Source: an uncultured Thermotogaceae bacterium | GTDB taxonomy: Bacteria; Bipolaricaulota; Bipolaricaulia; Bipolaricaulales; Bipolaricaulaceae | Assembly (NCBI GenBank): GCA_964436445.1 | Contig: CAYTCK010000016.1 | Coordinates: 1-17,244, forward strand | Reading direction: 5' to 3' | Length of the DNA: 17,244 nt | Shown: positions 1 to 6,368 of the stretch, piece by piece | Numbering within the stretch: position 1 is the stretch's first letter | Layout of the letters: every line of letters starts with the position of its first letter | Made by a program: the position numbers and the translations under genes | The notes under the pieces: model-generated | Seen by the model: only the letters and a program-made list of their open reading frames with translations | What the model was told of the DNA's origin: nothing | The model's database searches: none

Positions 1-1157
1 AGGACGGAATGAAGGGCTTGCAGGAGGGAGCCCTCCGGGGCCCCCGGAATATCGGCGGTGAGCTCCCAGACGGCCGCCCCCAGGAGCCCTTGTGCCTTGA
101 TATAGCGGGCCTTGAGGGCCACGCTCTCCTGATCCTCGTAGCTGATGAAGATATCCCCGTTGAAGAGCCAAGGGACCAGGGCCTCGGGGTGGAAGTGTTT
201 CCGGAATGGACGTTCGTAGTGGGCGGCTATGTCCCAGAAGCTCAGGTTACCGGGCTCTTTTGTTCCGGGACCGGGACCGGCCGCCGGCTGGTAGAGACCC
301 TCGTTCTCGTCCTGTACTCCCCTCCAACTGTGGCCGTAGAAGGGAATCCCCAGGAGGATCTTCTCCGGAGGAACGCCGGCGGCGAGGTAGTTGCGGACCG
401 TGCCGTCCACGGTGTAGTCCACCGGGTTCGGGGAGGGATCGGAGGCCGTGGGGTAAAGGGGGGCATTGAAGTTGGTGACCTTCTCCCAGGGACCGTGGAA
501 GTCGTAGGCCATGACGATGATGAAGTCTACGTACTGGGCGATACGGGCAAGCTCCGTGTTGCGGAAGATGAAGTTGGGGTTCGCTCCACCGGCGATGGAG
601 AGGAAGTAGTACTTTCCCCGCCGTGCCCCGAGTTCATCCAGTCGGCGGCGAAGTTCCCGGACGAGGAGAGTGAAATTGCGTTTGTCCGCGGGATCGCCCC
701 GAAAGGATCCGCCCTCCACGGGGAACTCCCAGTCGAGGTCTATCCCCTCGAAGATCCCGTTGTCCAAAAGGAGGGAAACGCAGGAGTCGGCGAAGGTCCC
801 TGGGGAACGGGCGGCCCGGGTGAACCAACGGGATCCCGTCCAGCCCCCCACCGATACCAGGAACTTAAGCCCCGGATAGCGGGCCTTCAGTGACGCCAGG
901 CGCGCGAACCCATCCTGGATATCGTCCTGTAGATCGCCGGGGGAGCAAAGTCCCTTGGGGCTCACGCCAGCGAAGGCGTAGATAACGAAGGTGAGTTTGC
1001 TCCCGTCTATTATCCGGGGGTCGAAATCGGACCAGGCCGGGAGGTACCCGGCGATCACCCGCCCCAAGGGTAGCGGCGGGGCCTGTGGCGCGGCCAAGGC
1101 GAAAAGGAGGGAAAAGAGGATCCCTGGAGCCGCCAACGCCAAGAAGGGAGCCCTCAT
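1..1157 (-). CDS. Secreted glycoside hydrolase family 18 (chitinase-like) protein. It is 3'-partial: the C-terminus lies beyond the window start.
   Basis: I translated the reverse strand by hand from the ATG at 1157..1155; the frame is open to position 1. It is absent from the ORF track because no stop lies in the window. The N-terminus MRAPFLALAAPGILFSLLFALAAPQA is signal-peptide-like. GH18 hallmarks are present: SVGGWTGS, the catalytic block LLDNGIFEGIDLDWEFP (the DxxDxDxE motif with its first D replaced by E), MAYDFHGPWE and YVDFIIVMAYD. The ORF-track ORFs 9..893(+) and 865..1596(-) are alternative-frame artefacts here. Confidence 0.8.
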   Translation of the reverse strand, partial: MRAPFLALAAPGILFSLLFALAAPQAPPLPLGRVIAGYLPAWSDFDPRIIDGSKLTFVIYAFAGVSPKGLCSPGDLQDDIQDGFARLASLKARYPGLKFLVSVGGWTGSRWFTRAARSPGTFADSCVSLLLDNGIFEGIDLDWEFPVEGGSFRGDPADKRNFTLLVRELRRRLDELGARRGKYYFLSIAGGANPNFIFRNTELARIAQYVDFIIVMAYDFHGPWEKVTNFNAPLYPTASDPSPNPVDYTVDGTVRNYLAAGVPPEKILLGIPFYGHSWRGVQDENEGLYQPAAGPGPGTKEPGNLSFWDIAAHYERPFRKHFHPEALVPWLFNGDIFISYEDQESVALKARYIKAQGLLGAAVWELTADIPGAPEGSLLQALHSV

Positions 1158-1203
1158 CGCAGGGCGATTCTAGCGGGAAGGGGATACCACGGATAATATC
1201 CCT
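1158..1203. promoter_or_regulatory. Divergent intergenic region between the GH18 gene and the membrane-protein gene. It contains the inverted repeat GGGATA-N10-TATCCC (1181-1202) and the near-palindrome GGATAATATCC (1191-1201), which also carries a -10-like ATAATAT.
   Basis: The repeat was read directly from the sequence. This is the only non-coding DNA between two divergently oriented starts, so it is a candidate operator or promoter. Which function it has is not determinable without data. Confidence 0.3.
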
Positions 1204-1602
1204 GTGATGGGTGGTGGAAAGCGCCCCGGCGTGCCGGAGAGTATCCTCCGGACGACCCTTCGTTTCATCGGGATGTGCCTCGGGATCGCCACGGTAGCTT
1301 TGGGTCTCATATTCGGGCTGGGATACTTCGCTGGGATCAGGGATCCCAAGGGCTTTAGCGATATCCTGAGTGGGATTTCCCTTGCCCTCTTCTTGGCCGG
1401 CGCCCTCTCCCTGTTCGGTGGGACCAAGTGGAGGGCCTACATGACCACGAGCTATGGCTCCTCGGTGGAGGAAACCCCCGCTTTCGGTCGGTTCCGACGG
1501 GCGACCCGTGACCTGTGGGGGAGCATACGTTTTGGCCTCGGTGCCTTCCTGATCGGGGCCATCTTCGTGGGGATCGCCGTGTTCCTCTACTTCCACGTTT
1601 AG
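1204..1602 (+). CDS. Small integral membrane protein with 3-4 predicted TM helices and unknown function.
   Basis: ORF of 132 aa with GTG at 1204 followed by ATG at 1207. Hydrophobic stretches are FIGMCLGIATVALGLIFGLGYFAGI, ILSGISLALFLAGALSLFGG and FGLGAFLIGAIFVGIAVFLYF. The composition is balanced and protein-like. It converges on gatC and overlaps it by 4 nt. Confidence 0.5.
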   Translation: MMGGGKRPGVPESILRTTLRFIGMCLGIATVALGLIFGLGYFAGIRDPKGFSDILSGISLALFLAGALSLFGGTKWRAYMTTSYGSSVEETPAFGRFRRATRDLWGSIRFGLGAFLIGAIFVGIAVFLYFHV

Positions 1603-1892
1603 GACTCCCCGAAGACCCGGGGGACGAGGAAGTAGCCGTCCTTCTTCCTGGGCGCGTTCCTCAACGCCTCCTCCTGGGAAAGCGACTCCCGGGGCTTGTC
1701 CTCCCGGAGGACGTTCCGTACCCCGGGCAGGGGGTCGTAGGGAGGAACCCCCTCGGTATCCACTTCCTGGAGCCGCTGGAAGTAGGAAATGATCCGCTCC
1801 AAATCGTCCTTCAGCCCCTCCCTTTCCTCTGGGGAGAGCTCGAGGCCCGCCAGCTCCTCCAACCGCCGCATCAACTCCGGGGTGATCTCCAT
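1599..1892 (-). CDS. gatC: Asp-tRNA(Asn)/Glu-tRNA(Gln) amidotransferase subunit C
   Basis: 97 aa. The sequence MEITPELMRRLEELAGLELSPEEREGLKDDLERIISYFQRLQEV...VLREDKPRESLSQEEALRNAPRKKDGYFLVPRV is a typical GatC architecture. An SD GGAGGTG lies within the 3' end of recG. Its ATG starts 1 nt after the recG stop. Confidence 0.9.
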   Translation of the reverse strand: MEITPELMRRLEELAGLELSPEEREGLKDDLERIISYFQRLQEVDTEGVPPYDPLPGVRNVLREDKPRESLSQEEALRNAPRKKDGYFLVPRVFGES

Positions 1893-1893
1893 C

Positions 1894-4173
1894 TCACACC
1901 TCCAACAGGGCTAGAGAGTCTCCGAAGCGGCGCTCGACTTCATCCGCGAGGTACCGGGGCACGCCACGCTGTGCCAGGGCGAAGGCCTCCCGCCGGGCCG
2001 CCTCCAGAAGCCCAAGATCCCTGACGAGGTCCGCCACCTTGAGGCGGGAGACGAAACCGTGCTGGGCAGTGCCCAGAAGATCCCCGGGACCTCGGATCCT
2101 CAGGTCCTCCTCCGCGATACGAAAGCCATCGTCCAGATCCCGGAAAGCCGAGAGCCGGCGCCTGGCTTCCTCGGTGGTGGGATCGGCGATGGCGTAACAG
2201 ACGGCGGGCTGCCCCTTGCGGCCGATCCGCCCCCGCAGCTGATGGAGCTGAGAGAGGCCGAAGCGGTCAGCGTGTTCGATTACGAGGAAGGTGGCATCCG
2301 GGACATCGAGCCCCACCTCCACCACAGTAGTAGAGACCAGAAGCCTGATCTTTCCCTCCCGAAACTCCCGCATCACCCGCCTCTTCTCCTCCCCCGGGAG
2401 CCGGCCGTGCATCAGCCCCACCCCGGCCCAGCCGAAGCGCTCCGCGAGCTCTCGGTAGGCCGCGGTGGCCGCCCGTAGGTCCATTTCCTCCGACTCCTCC
2501 ACCAGGGGGAAGACGACATACCCTTTCTCTCCCCGACGCAATCGCTCCTCCACGTCACGGTAGACCTCGTCCCTTTTGGCCTCCGATACCCAGAGGGTCC
2601 GCACCTTTTTTTCGGGGATGGGCATCTCTGCCAGGACCGAGACCGAGAATTCGCCGTACAAGGTCAGAGCCACGGTACGGGGGATGGGGGTGGCTGACAT
2701 CACCAGGAGGTTCGTTCCCTTCCCTTTCCGGGTCAAAGCCTCCCGCTGGACCACGCCGAAGCGGTGCTGCTCATCGATCACGGCCAGCCCCAGGTCCTTG
2801 AACTCCACTCCTTCCTGGAACAGGGCGTGGGTCCCCACCAGGACATGGATCTTCCCGCGAGCAAGCTCCCCTAGGATCCGCTCCCTCTCCCTTCCTCGGG
2901 TCCCCCCGAGCAGGAGCTCCACCCGGATGGGGAGCTCCTGGAGGAGCTCTTGGAAGATCAAGAAGTGCTGTTCGGCCAGGATCTCGGTGGGGGCCATCAC
3001 CGCCGCCTGTGCCCCGGCGGAGACGGCCATGACACACGCCCCGGCCGCCACCACCGTCTTCCCCGAACCTACGTCCCCCTGAAGGAGACGCATCATGGGG
3101 TAAGGGGCCTCCAGATCCCGGGCGATCTCCTCCAAGGCCCGATGTTGGGAAGGGGTGAGGGAGAAGGGGAGCCCCTCCAAGAAGCGTTCCAACATCGCCC
3201 TATCCACCCGCAGGGATCTCCCCCCGGCCCGTTGCCACTCCCTCTTCCGCAGGGCAAGGCCCAGCTGCAGGAGGAAGAGTTCCTCGAAGGCCAAGGTTCT
3301 CCGGGCCGCTCGGAACTCCTCCAACCCCCGGGGAAAGTGGATGGCCCGGATGGCCTCCCTCCGGGGGAGGAGACCGTTCCGGCGACGCACCTCCTCAGGG
3401 AGGAGATCCAGGATATCCCCGGCAAGGCGCTTCAGATTCCGGCGGATAAGGGACCGGATGGTGGCCTGGGAGAGCCCCTCCGTGGTGGGATAGATGGGGA
3501 CCAATCCCCCGATCCGATCCCCCTCACCGGCGGGCTCCCAGACGGGGTTTTCCATCTGGCGCTCCCCGAAGCGGATCTGCACCTTGCCGAAGAAGGCGTA
3601 CTCTTTGCCCTGTTCTATCTCGTCCCAGACCCAAGGCTGATTGAACCAGATGGCGAACATAACGCCGCTTCCATCGTCCACGGCCGCCTTCAGTATTTCC
3701 AGATTGGGGCGGACCTTTATCCTGGACTTGGTACGTACGACCCCCTGGATGGAGACCGTCTCGCCATCGGCGATGTCGGCGATCCTCTTTTTGAGGGAAC
3801 GATCCTCGATGCGTCGGGGGAAGAGGGTGAGGAGATCCTCCAGGGTCTCCACTCCCAGCTTCCGCAGGAGGGAGGCGGTCCTTTTTCCCACCCCTACAGC
3901 CTCCTGGATCGGGGAACGGAGCTTCAGGAGTTTGTTGGCCACCTCCGCCTCCAGGGCGGCCTCGAGCTTGCGGAGGGCCAAGGCCCGTCCCTCAGGGTCC
4001 ATGGAGGCGTAACCGGCGATATAGCGCGATCCCTGGGGCCAATGGCGCCTCAGAAAGGCCTCCAGGCCCCCGATCACCGCCCGATCCCGGAAGCCGCCCC
4101 GACGCTCCAGGGCGATGACCTTCTCGATGAGCCTCCAGGAGGGCTCGTGCTTTGTGGTAACGGACATATCCAC
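1894..4173 (-). CDS. recG: ATP-dependent DNA helicase RecG
   Basis: 759 aa. It has an N-terminal wedge/OB region, a helicase core with Walker A (LQGDVGSGKTVVA) and a DEQH box (VIDEQHRFGV), plus MSATPIPRT, and a C-terminal RecG-type domain. The start is GTG at 4173, with an alternative ATG at 4167. Confidence 0.95.
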   Translation of the reverse strand: MDMSVTTKHEPSWRLIEKVIALERRGGFRDRAVIGGLEAFLRRHWPQGSRYIAGYASMDPEGRALALRKLEAALEAEVANKLLKLRSPIQEAVGVGKRTASLLRKLGVETLEDLLTLFPRRIEDRSLKKRIADIADGETVSIQGVVRTKSRIKVRPNLEILKAAVDDGSGVMFAIWFNQPWVWDEIEQGKEYAFFGKVQIRFGERQMENPVWEPAGEGDRIGGLVPIYPTTEGLSQATIRSLIRRNLKRLAGDILDLLPEEVRRRNGLLPRREAIRAIHFPRGLEEFRAARRTLAFEELFLLQLGLALRKREWQRAGGRSLRVDRAMLERFLEGLPFSLTPSQHRALEEIARDLEAPYPMMRLLQGDVGSGKTVVAAGACVMAVSAGAQAAVMAPTEILAEQHFLIFQELLQELPIRVELLLGGTRGRERERILGELARGKIHVLVGTHALFQEGVEFKDLGLAVIDEQHRFGVVQREALTRKGKGTNLLVMSATPIPRTVALTLYGEFSVSVLAEMPIPEKKVRTLWVSEAKRDEVYRDVEERLRRGEKGYVVFPLVEESEEMDLRAATAAYRELAERFGWAGVGLMHGRLPGEEKRRVMREFREGKIRLLVSTTVVEVGLDVPDATFLVIEHADRFGLSQLHQLRGRIGRKGQPAVCYAIADPTTEEARRRLSAFRDLDDGFRIAEEDLRIRGPGDLLGTAQHGFVSRLKVADLVRDLGLLEAARREAFALAQRGVPRYLADEVERRFGDSLALLEV

Positions 4174-4180
4174 CTATAAT
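4152..4180 (+). promoter_or_regulatory. Putative sigma70-type promoter for def/fmt: TTGTGG (4152-4157), a 17-nt spacer, then TATAAT (4175-4180). It is embedded in the first codons of the divergent recG.
   Basis: Hexamers and spacing were read from the sequence. The predicted TSS is about 4187, which is 19 nt upstream of the def ATG at 4206. Confidence 0.4.
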
Positions 4181-4205
4181 ACTTGGCCTTTTGCAAGAGA
4201 CAAGG

Positions 4206-4742
4206 ATGATCAGGATTTATCCCGATCCGATATTGCGCCGAAGGGCATCCCCAGCCCGTCCAGGGACCCCGGAGACGGAGGCGGCCATCGCCGCACTGAG
4301 GGCTGAGTTCGACCCGGAGCGGGCCCTGGGCCTGGCCGGCCCCCAGGTGGGACATCCCCTACGGGTGGTGATGGTGAACCTGAGCGACGACGAAGCCCCC
4401 AGGGTCCTCCTCAACCCGGAGATCGTGGAGCGCTCCCCGGAGCTGGAGGTGGACACCGAGGCCTGCCTCTCACTGCCGGGCCTGGAGGCCGAGGTGGCCC
4501 GGGCCGCCTGGGTACGGGTGCGGGCCCAGGACGAGGGGGGAAGAGACGTCCTCCTGGAGCTCGAGGGCCTGGACGCCCGGCTCCTGCAGCACGAGGTCGA
4601 TCACCTGGACGGGATCCTTTTCATCGACCACCTGCCGACTAGGGAACGCCGGGAGCTCCTTCGTCGCTACCGGGAGGTGAGGGAGTCTTCTGCCCCCGGA
4701 TCGTCTTCGCGGGAACGGGGCGGTTCGCGACCCGCCCTTTGA
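4206..4742 (+). CDS. def: Peptide deformylase
   Basis: The three Def motifs are present: GLAGPQVG, EACLSLPG and QHEVDHLDG. The N-terminus MIRIYPDPILRR is typical. The track ORF starts at TTG 4191, but the ATG at 4206 fits Def N-termini better. The C-terminal roughly 20 aa (RESSAPGSSSRERGGSRPAL) overlap the fmt N-terminal coding region in another frame. Confidence 0.9.
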   Translation: MIRIYPDPILRRRASPARPGTPETEAAIAALRAEFDPERALGLAGPQVGHPLRVVMVNLSDDEAPRVLLNPEIVERSPELEVDTEACLSLPGLEAEVARAAWVRVRAQDEGGRDVLLELEGLDARLLQHEVDHLDGILFIDHLPTRERRELLRRYREVRESSAPGSSSRERGGSRPAL

Positions 4743-5614
4743 AGGCCCTGAGCGAACGGAACTGGGTGGTTGGGGTTATCACCCAGCCGGACCGCCCCGC
4801 TGGTCGTGGCCTGAGGCTCACGTCTCCACCGGTGAAGGGGTTGGCGTTGGAACTGGGTCTACCCCTGCTGCAGCCCGCCTCCATCAACGCCCCTGAGGCT
4901 CTGGAGTGGCTTTCGGCCCTCGCGCCGGATCTCCTGGTGGTGGCAGCCTTCGGCCAGATCCTGCGGGAGGCGGTTCTCTCGCTGCCGGGAAAGGGATGTA
5001 TCAACATCCATGCTTCCCTTCTACCCAAATACCGGGGCGCGGCTCCCATCAACTGGGCCATCATCAACGGGGAAACCTGGACCGGGGTCACCACCTTCCT
5101 CATGGATCCCGGCCTGGATACGGGTCCCATCCTCCTGCAGCGGGCGACCCGCATCGGTCCGGAGGAGACGGCCGGGGAGTTGGAGGAGCGCCTCTCCCGC
5201 ATGGGCGCGGAGCTCATCGTGGAGACAGTGGAGGGCTACCTTAAGGGGACGCTGCGACCGAAGCCTCAGCCCCGGGAGGGGAGCTACGCCCCCAAGATCC
5301 GGCGGGAGCACACCCGCATCACCTGGGAAAGAAGCTCCCAGGAGGTCCACAACCTGGTGCGCGGTCTGAATCCGTCCCCGGGAGCCACCACCTCCTTCCG
5401 GGGCAAGGCCATAAAAATCTGGCGGACCCGTCCCCTTCCCCTGGGGGAAAATGCCGCACCGGGGGAGATCCTCCCTGAGCGCAGGCGGCTCCTCGTGGCC
5501 ACTGGATCGGGGGCGGTGGAGGTGCTTCAGCTCCAGTTTCCCGGGAAGCGTGTCATCGCCGGGATCGATTTCCTGAACGGGTATCGGCCCAAGCCCGGAG
5601 AGCGGTTTATTTGA
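4700..5614 (+). CDS. fmt: Methionyl-tRNA formyltransferase. The start codon is unresolved; see the finding on the fmt start region.
   Basis: The track ORF 4739..5614 starts at TTG and gives ...VVGVITQPDRPAGRG, the SLLP motif (HASLLPKYRGAAPINWAIINGE) and the C-terminal Fmt domain. The same frame upstream of 4739 is open back to a TAG at 4640-4642. It encodes the conserved Fmt N-terminal Rossmann motif RIVFAGTGRFATRPLKAL starting at 4697, but there is no ATG, GTG or TTG in frame. I set the coordinate at the ATC codon (4700) that begins IVFAG. Confidence 0.8.
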   Translation: MVFAGTGRFATRPLKALSERNWVVGVITQPDRPAGRGLRLTSPPVKGLALELGLPLLQPASINAPEALEWLSALAPDLLVVAAFGQILREAVLSLPGKGCINIHASLLPKYRGAAPINWAIINGETWTGVTTFLMDPGLDTGPILLQRATRIGPEETAGELEERLSRMGAELIVETVEGYLKGTLRPKPQPREGSYAPKIRREHTRITWERSSQEVHNLVRGLNPSPGATTSFRGKAIKIWRTRPLPLGENAAPGEILPERRRLLVATGSGAVEVLQLQFPGKRVIAGIDFLNGYRPKPGERFI

Positions 5615-5639
5615 CAAGCAGCAGGGGCCGAACTACCCT
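5611..5639 (+). promoter_or_regulatory. Possible promoter for the HEAT-repeat gene: a perfect -35 TTGACA (5611-5616, overlapping the fmt stop), a 17-nt spacer, then the weak -10 TACCCT (5634-5639).
   Basis: Read from the sequence. The -10 hexamer is poor and keeps only the TA...T positions. A GGGAAG SD lies 3-8 nt before the ATG at 5653. Confidence 0.2.
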
Positions 5640-5652
5640 GTCCGCCGGGAAG

Positions 5653-6366
5653 ATGGCGGAGCACAGATCCAAGGGGAAGAAGCCCTCCCGGAACGGTGAT
5701 AACGATATCTTACCGGAGGATTTACGGGGACTGAGCTCCCGTGTGCTCGTCAAGGACGCGCTGTTGCGGTTACAGGGCTTGGTGTTGGACGGGAGCAAGG
5801 AGGTCCAACAGGCGGCCTTTCGGGCCATCGGAAACCTCTTGGCGGAGCGTTTCTCCGAGGTCTACCCTCTCCTTTTCCCCTGGGTGGAGAGCGACGAGCC
5901 CCGGGTGCGCCGGGCGGTAGCCGTTGCCATCTGGATGGCCGCCCGACCCCAGCGCTACGACATGGCCGAGCCCCTGCTCAAGCTGGTGGAGCTCTTGTTG
6001 CCTGACCGGGAGGATGAGGTACGTTGGCAAGTGGGACCCAAGGCCATCGCCAAGGGGCTCCTCATCCATTACCCCGACGATACCTTTGAATACCTGATGA
6101 AGTGGTCGACTTCCCACGACGAGCAGGTGCTCTGGAACGTGGCCATGGGGCTCTCGGGGGCGGCCCAGGTGGGTTTGACCAGCAAGGCCCTGATCATCCT
6201 GCGGCGCCTTGCCCTGGACGAGCGCCGCTACGTCTGGCGGGCGGTGGCCTCCGCCATGTGGCGCCTGGGGCGGCGGACCCCGGAGCGGGTGCTGGCCGAG
6301 CTCAGGCTCTGGCTTTCCGACGAGGACAGGGCCCACGTGGCCCGGGTGGCCCTGCGCCATATCTAG
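5653..6366 (+). CDS. HEAT-repeat protein of the DNA alkylation repair enzyme family (AlkC/AlkD-like, PF08713-like)
   Basis: The track ORF starts at TTG 5611. I prefer the ATG at 5653, which has a GGGAAG SD. There are repeated helical W/R-rich repeats (RVRRAVAVAIWMA, VLWNVAMGLSG, RYVWRAVASAMWRLG, AHVARVALRHI) of the kind seen in AlkD-like HEAT-repeat glycosylases. The family assignment is from memory of those motifs, not from a search. Confidence 0.55.
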   Translation: MAEHRSKGKKPSRNGDNDILPEDLRGLSSRVLVKDALLRLQGLVLDGSKEVQQAAFRAIGNLLAERFSEVYPLLFPWVESDEPRVRRAVAVAIWMAARPQRYDMAEPLLKLVELLLPDREDEVRWQVGPKAIAKGLLIHYPDDTFEYLMKWSTSHDEQVLWNVAMGLSGAAQVGLTSKALIILRRLALDERRYVWRAVASAMWRLGRRTPERVLAELRLWLSDEDRAHVARVALRHI

Positions 6367-6368
6367 GG

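Noticed and set aside
9-1596. ORF-track ORFs 9..893(+) and 865..1596(-) in the first 1.6 kb
   Set aside because: They overlap the hand-translated GH18 gene (minus strand, frame open to the window edge) and the membrane-protein gene. Their products are low-complexity and motif-free.
2950-4179. 409-aa plus-strand ORF
   Set aside because: It is antisense to recG. Its Gly/Pro/Arg/Leu/His-rich, low-complexity composition is typical of spurious ORFs in the antisense frame of GC-rich genes, and it has no motifs.
6102-6368. N-terminal extension of the ORF-track RlmI ORF (it starts at 6102)
   Set aside because: The extension overlaps the HEAT-repeat gene in another frame and is pure Gly/Ala/Pro/Arg low complexity. 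RlmI homology begins at KVIVAKGKEG near 6390. The real start is probably TTG 6369 or GTG 6402.
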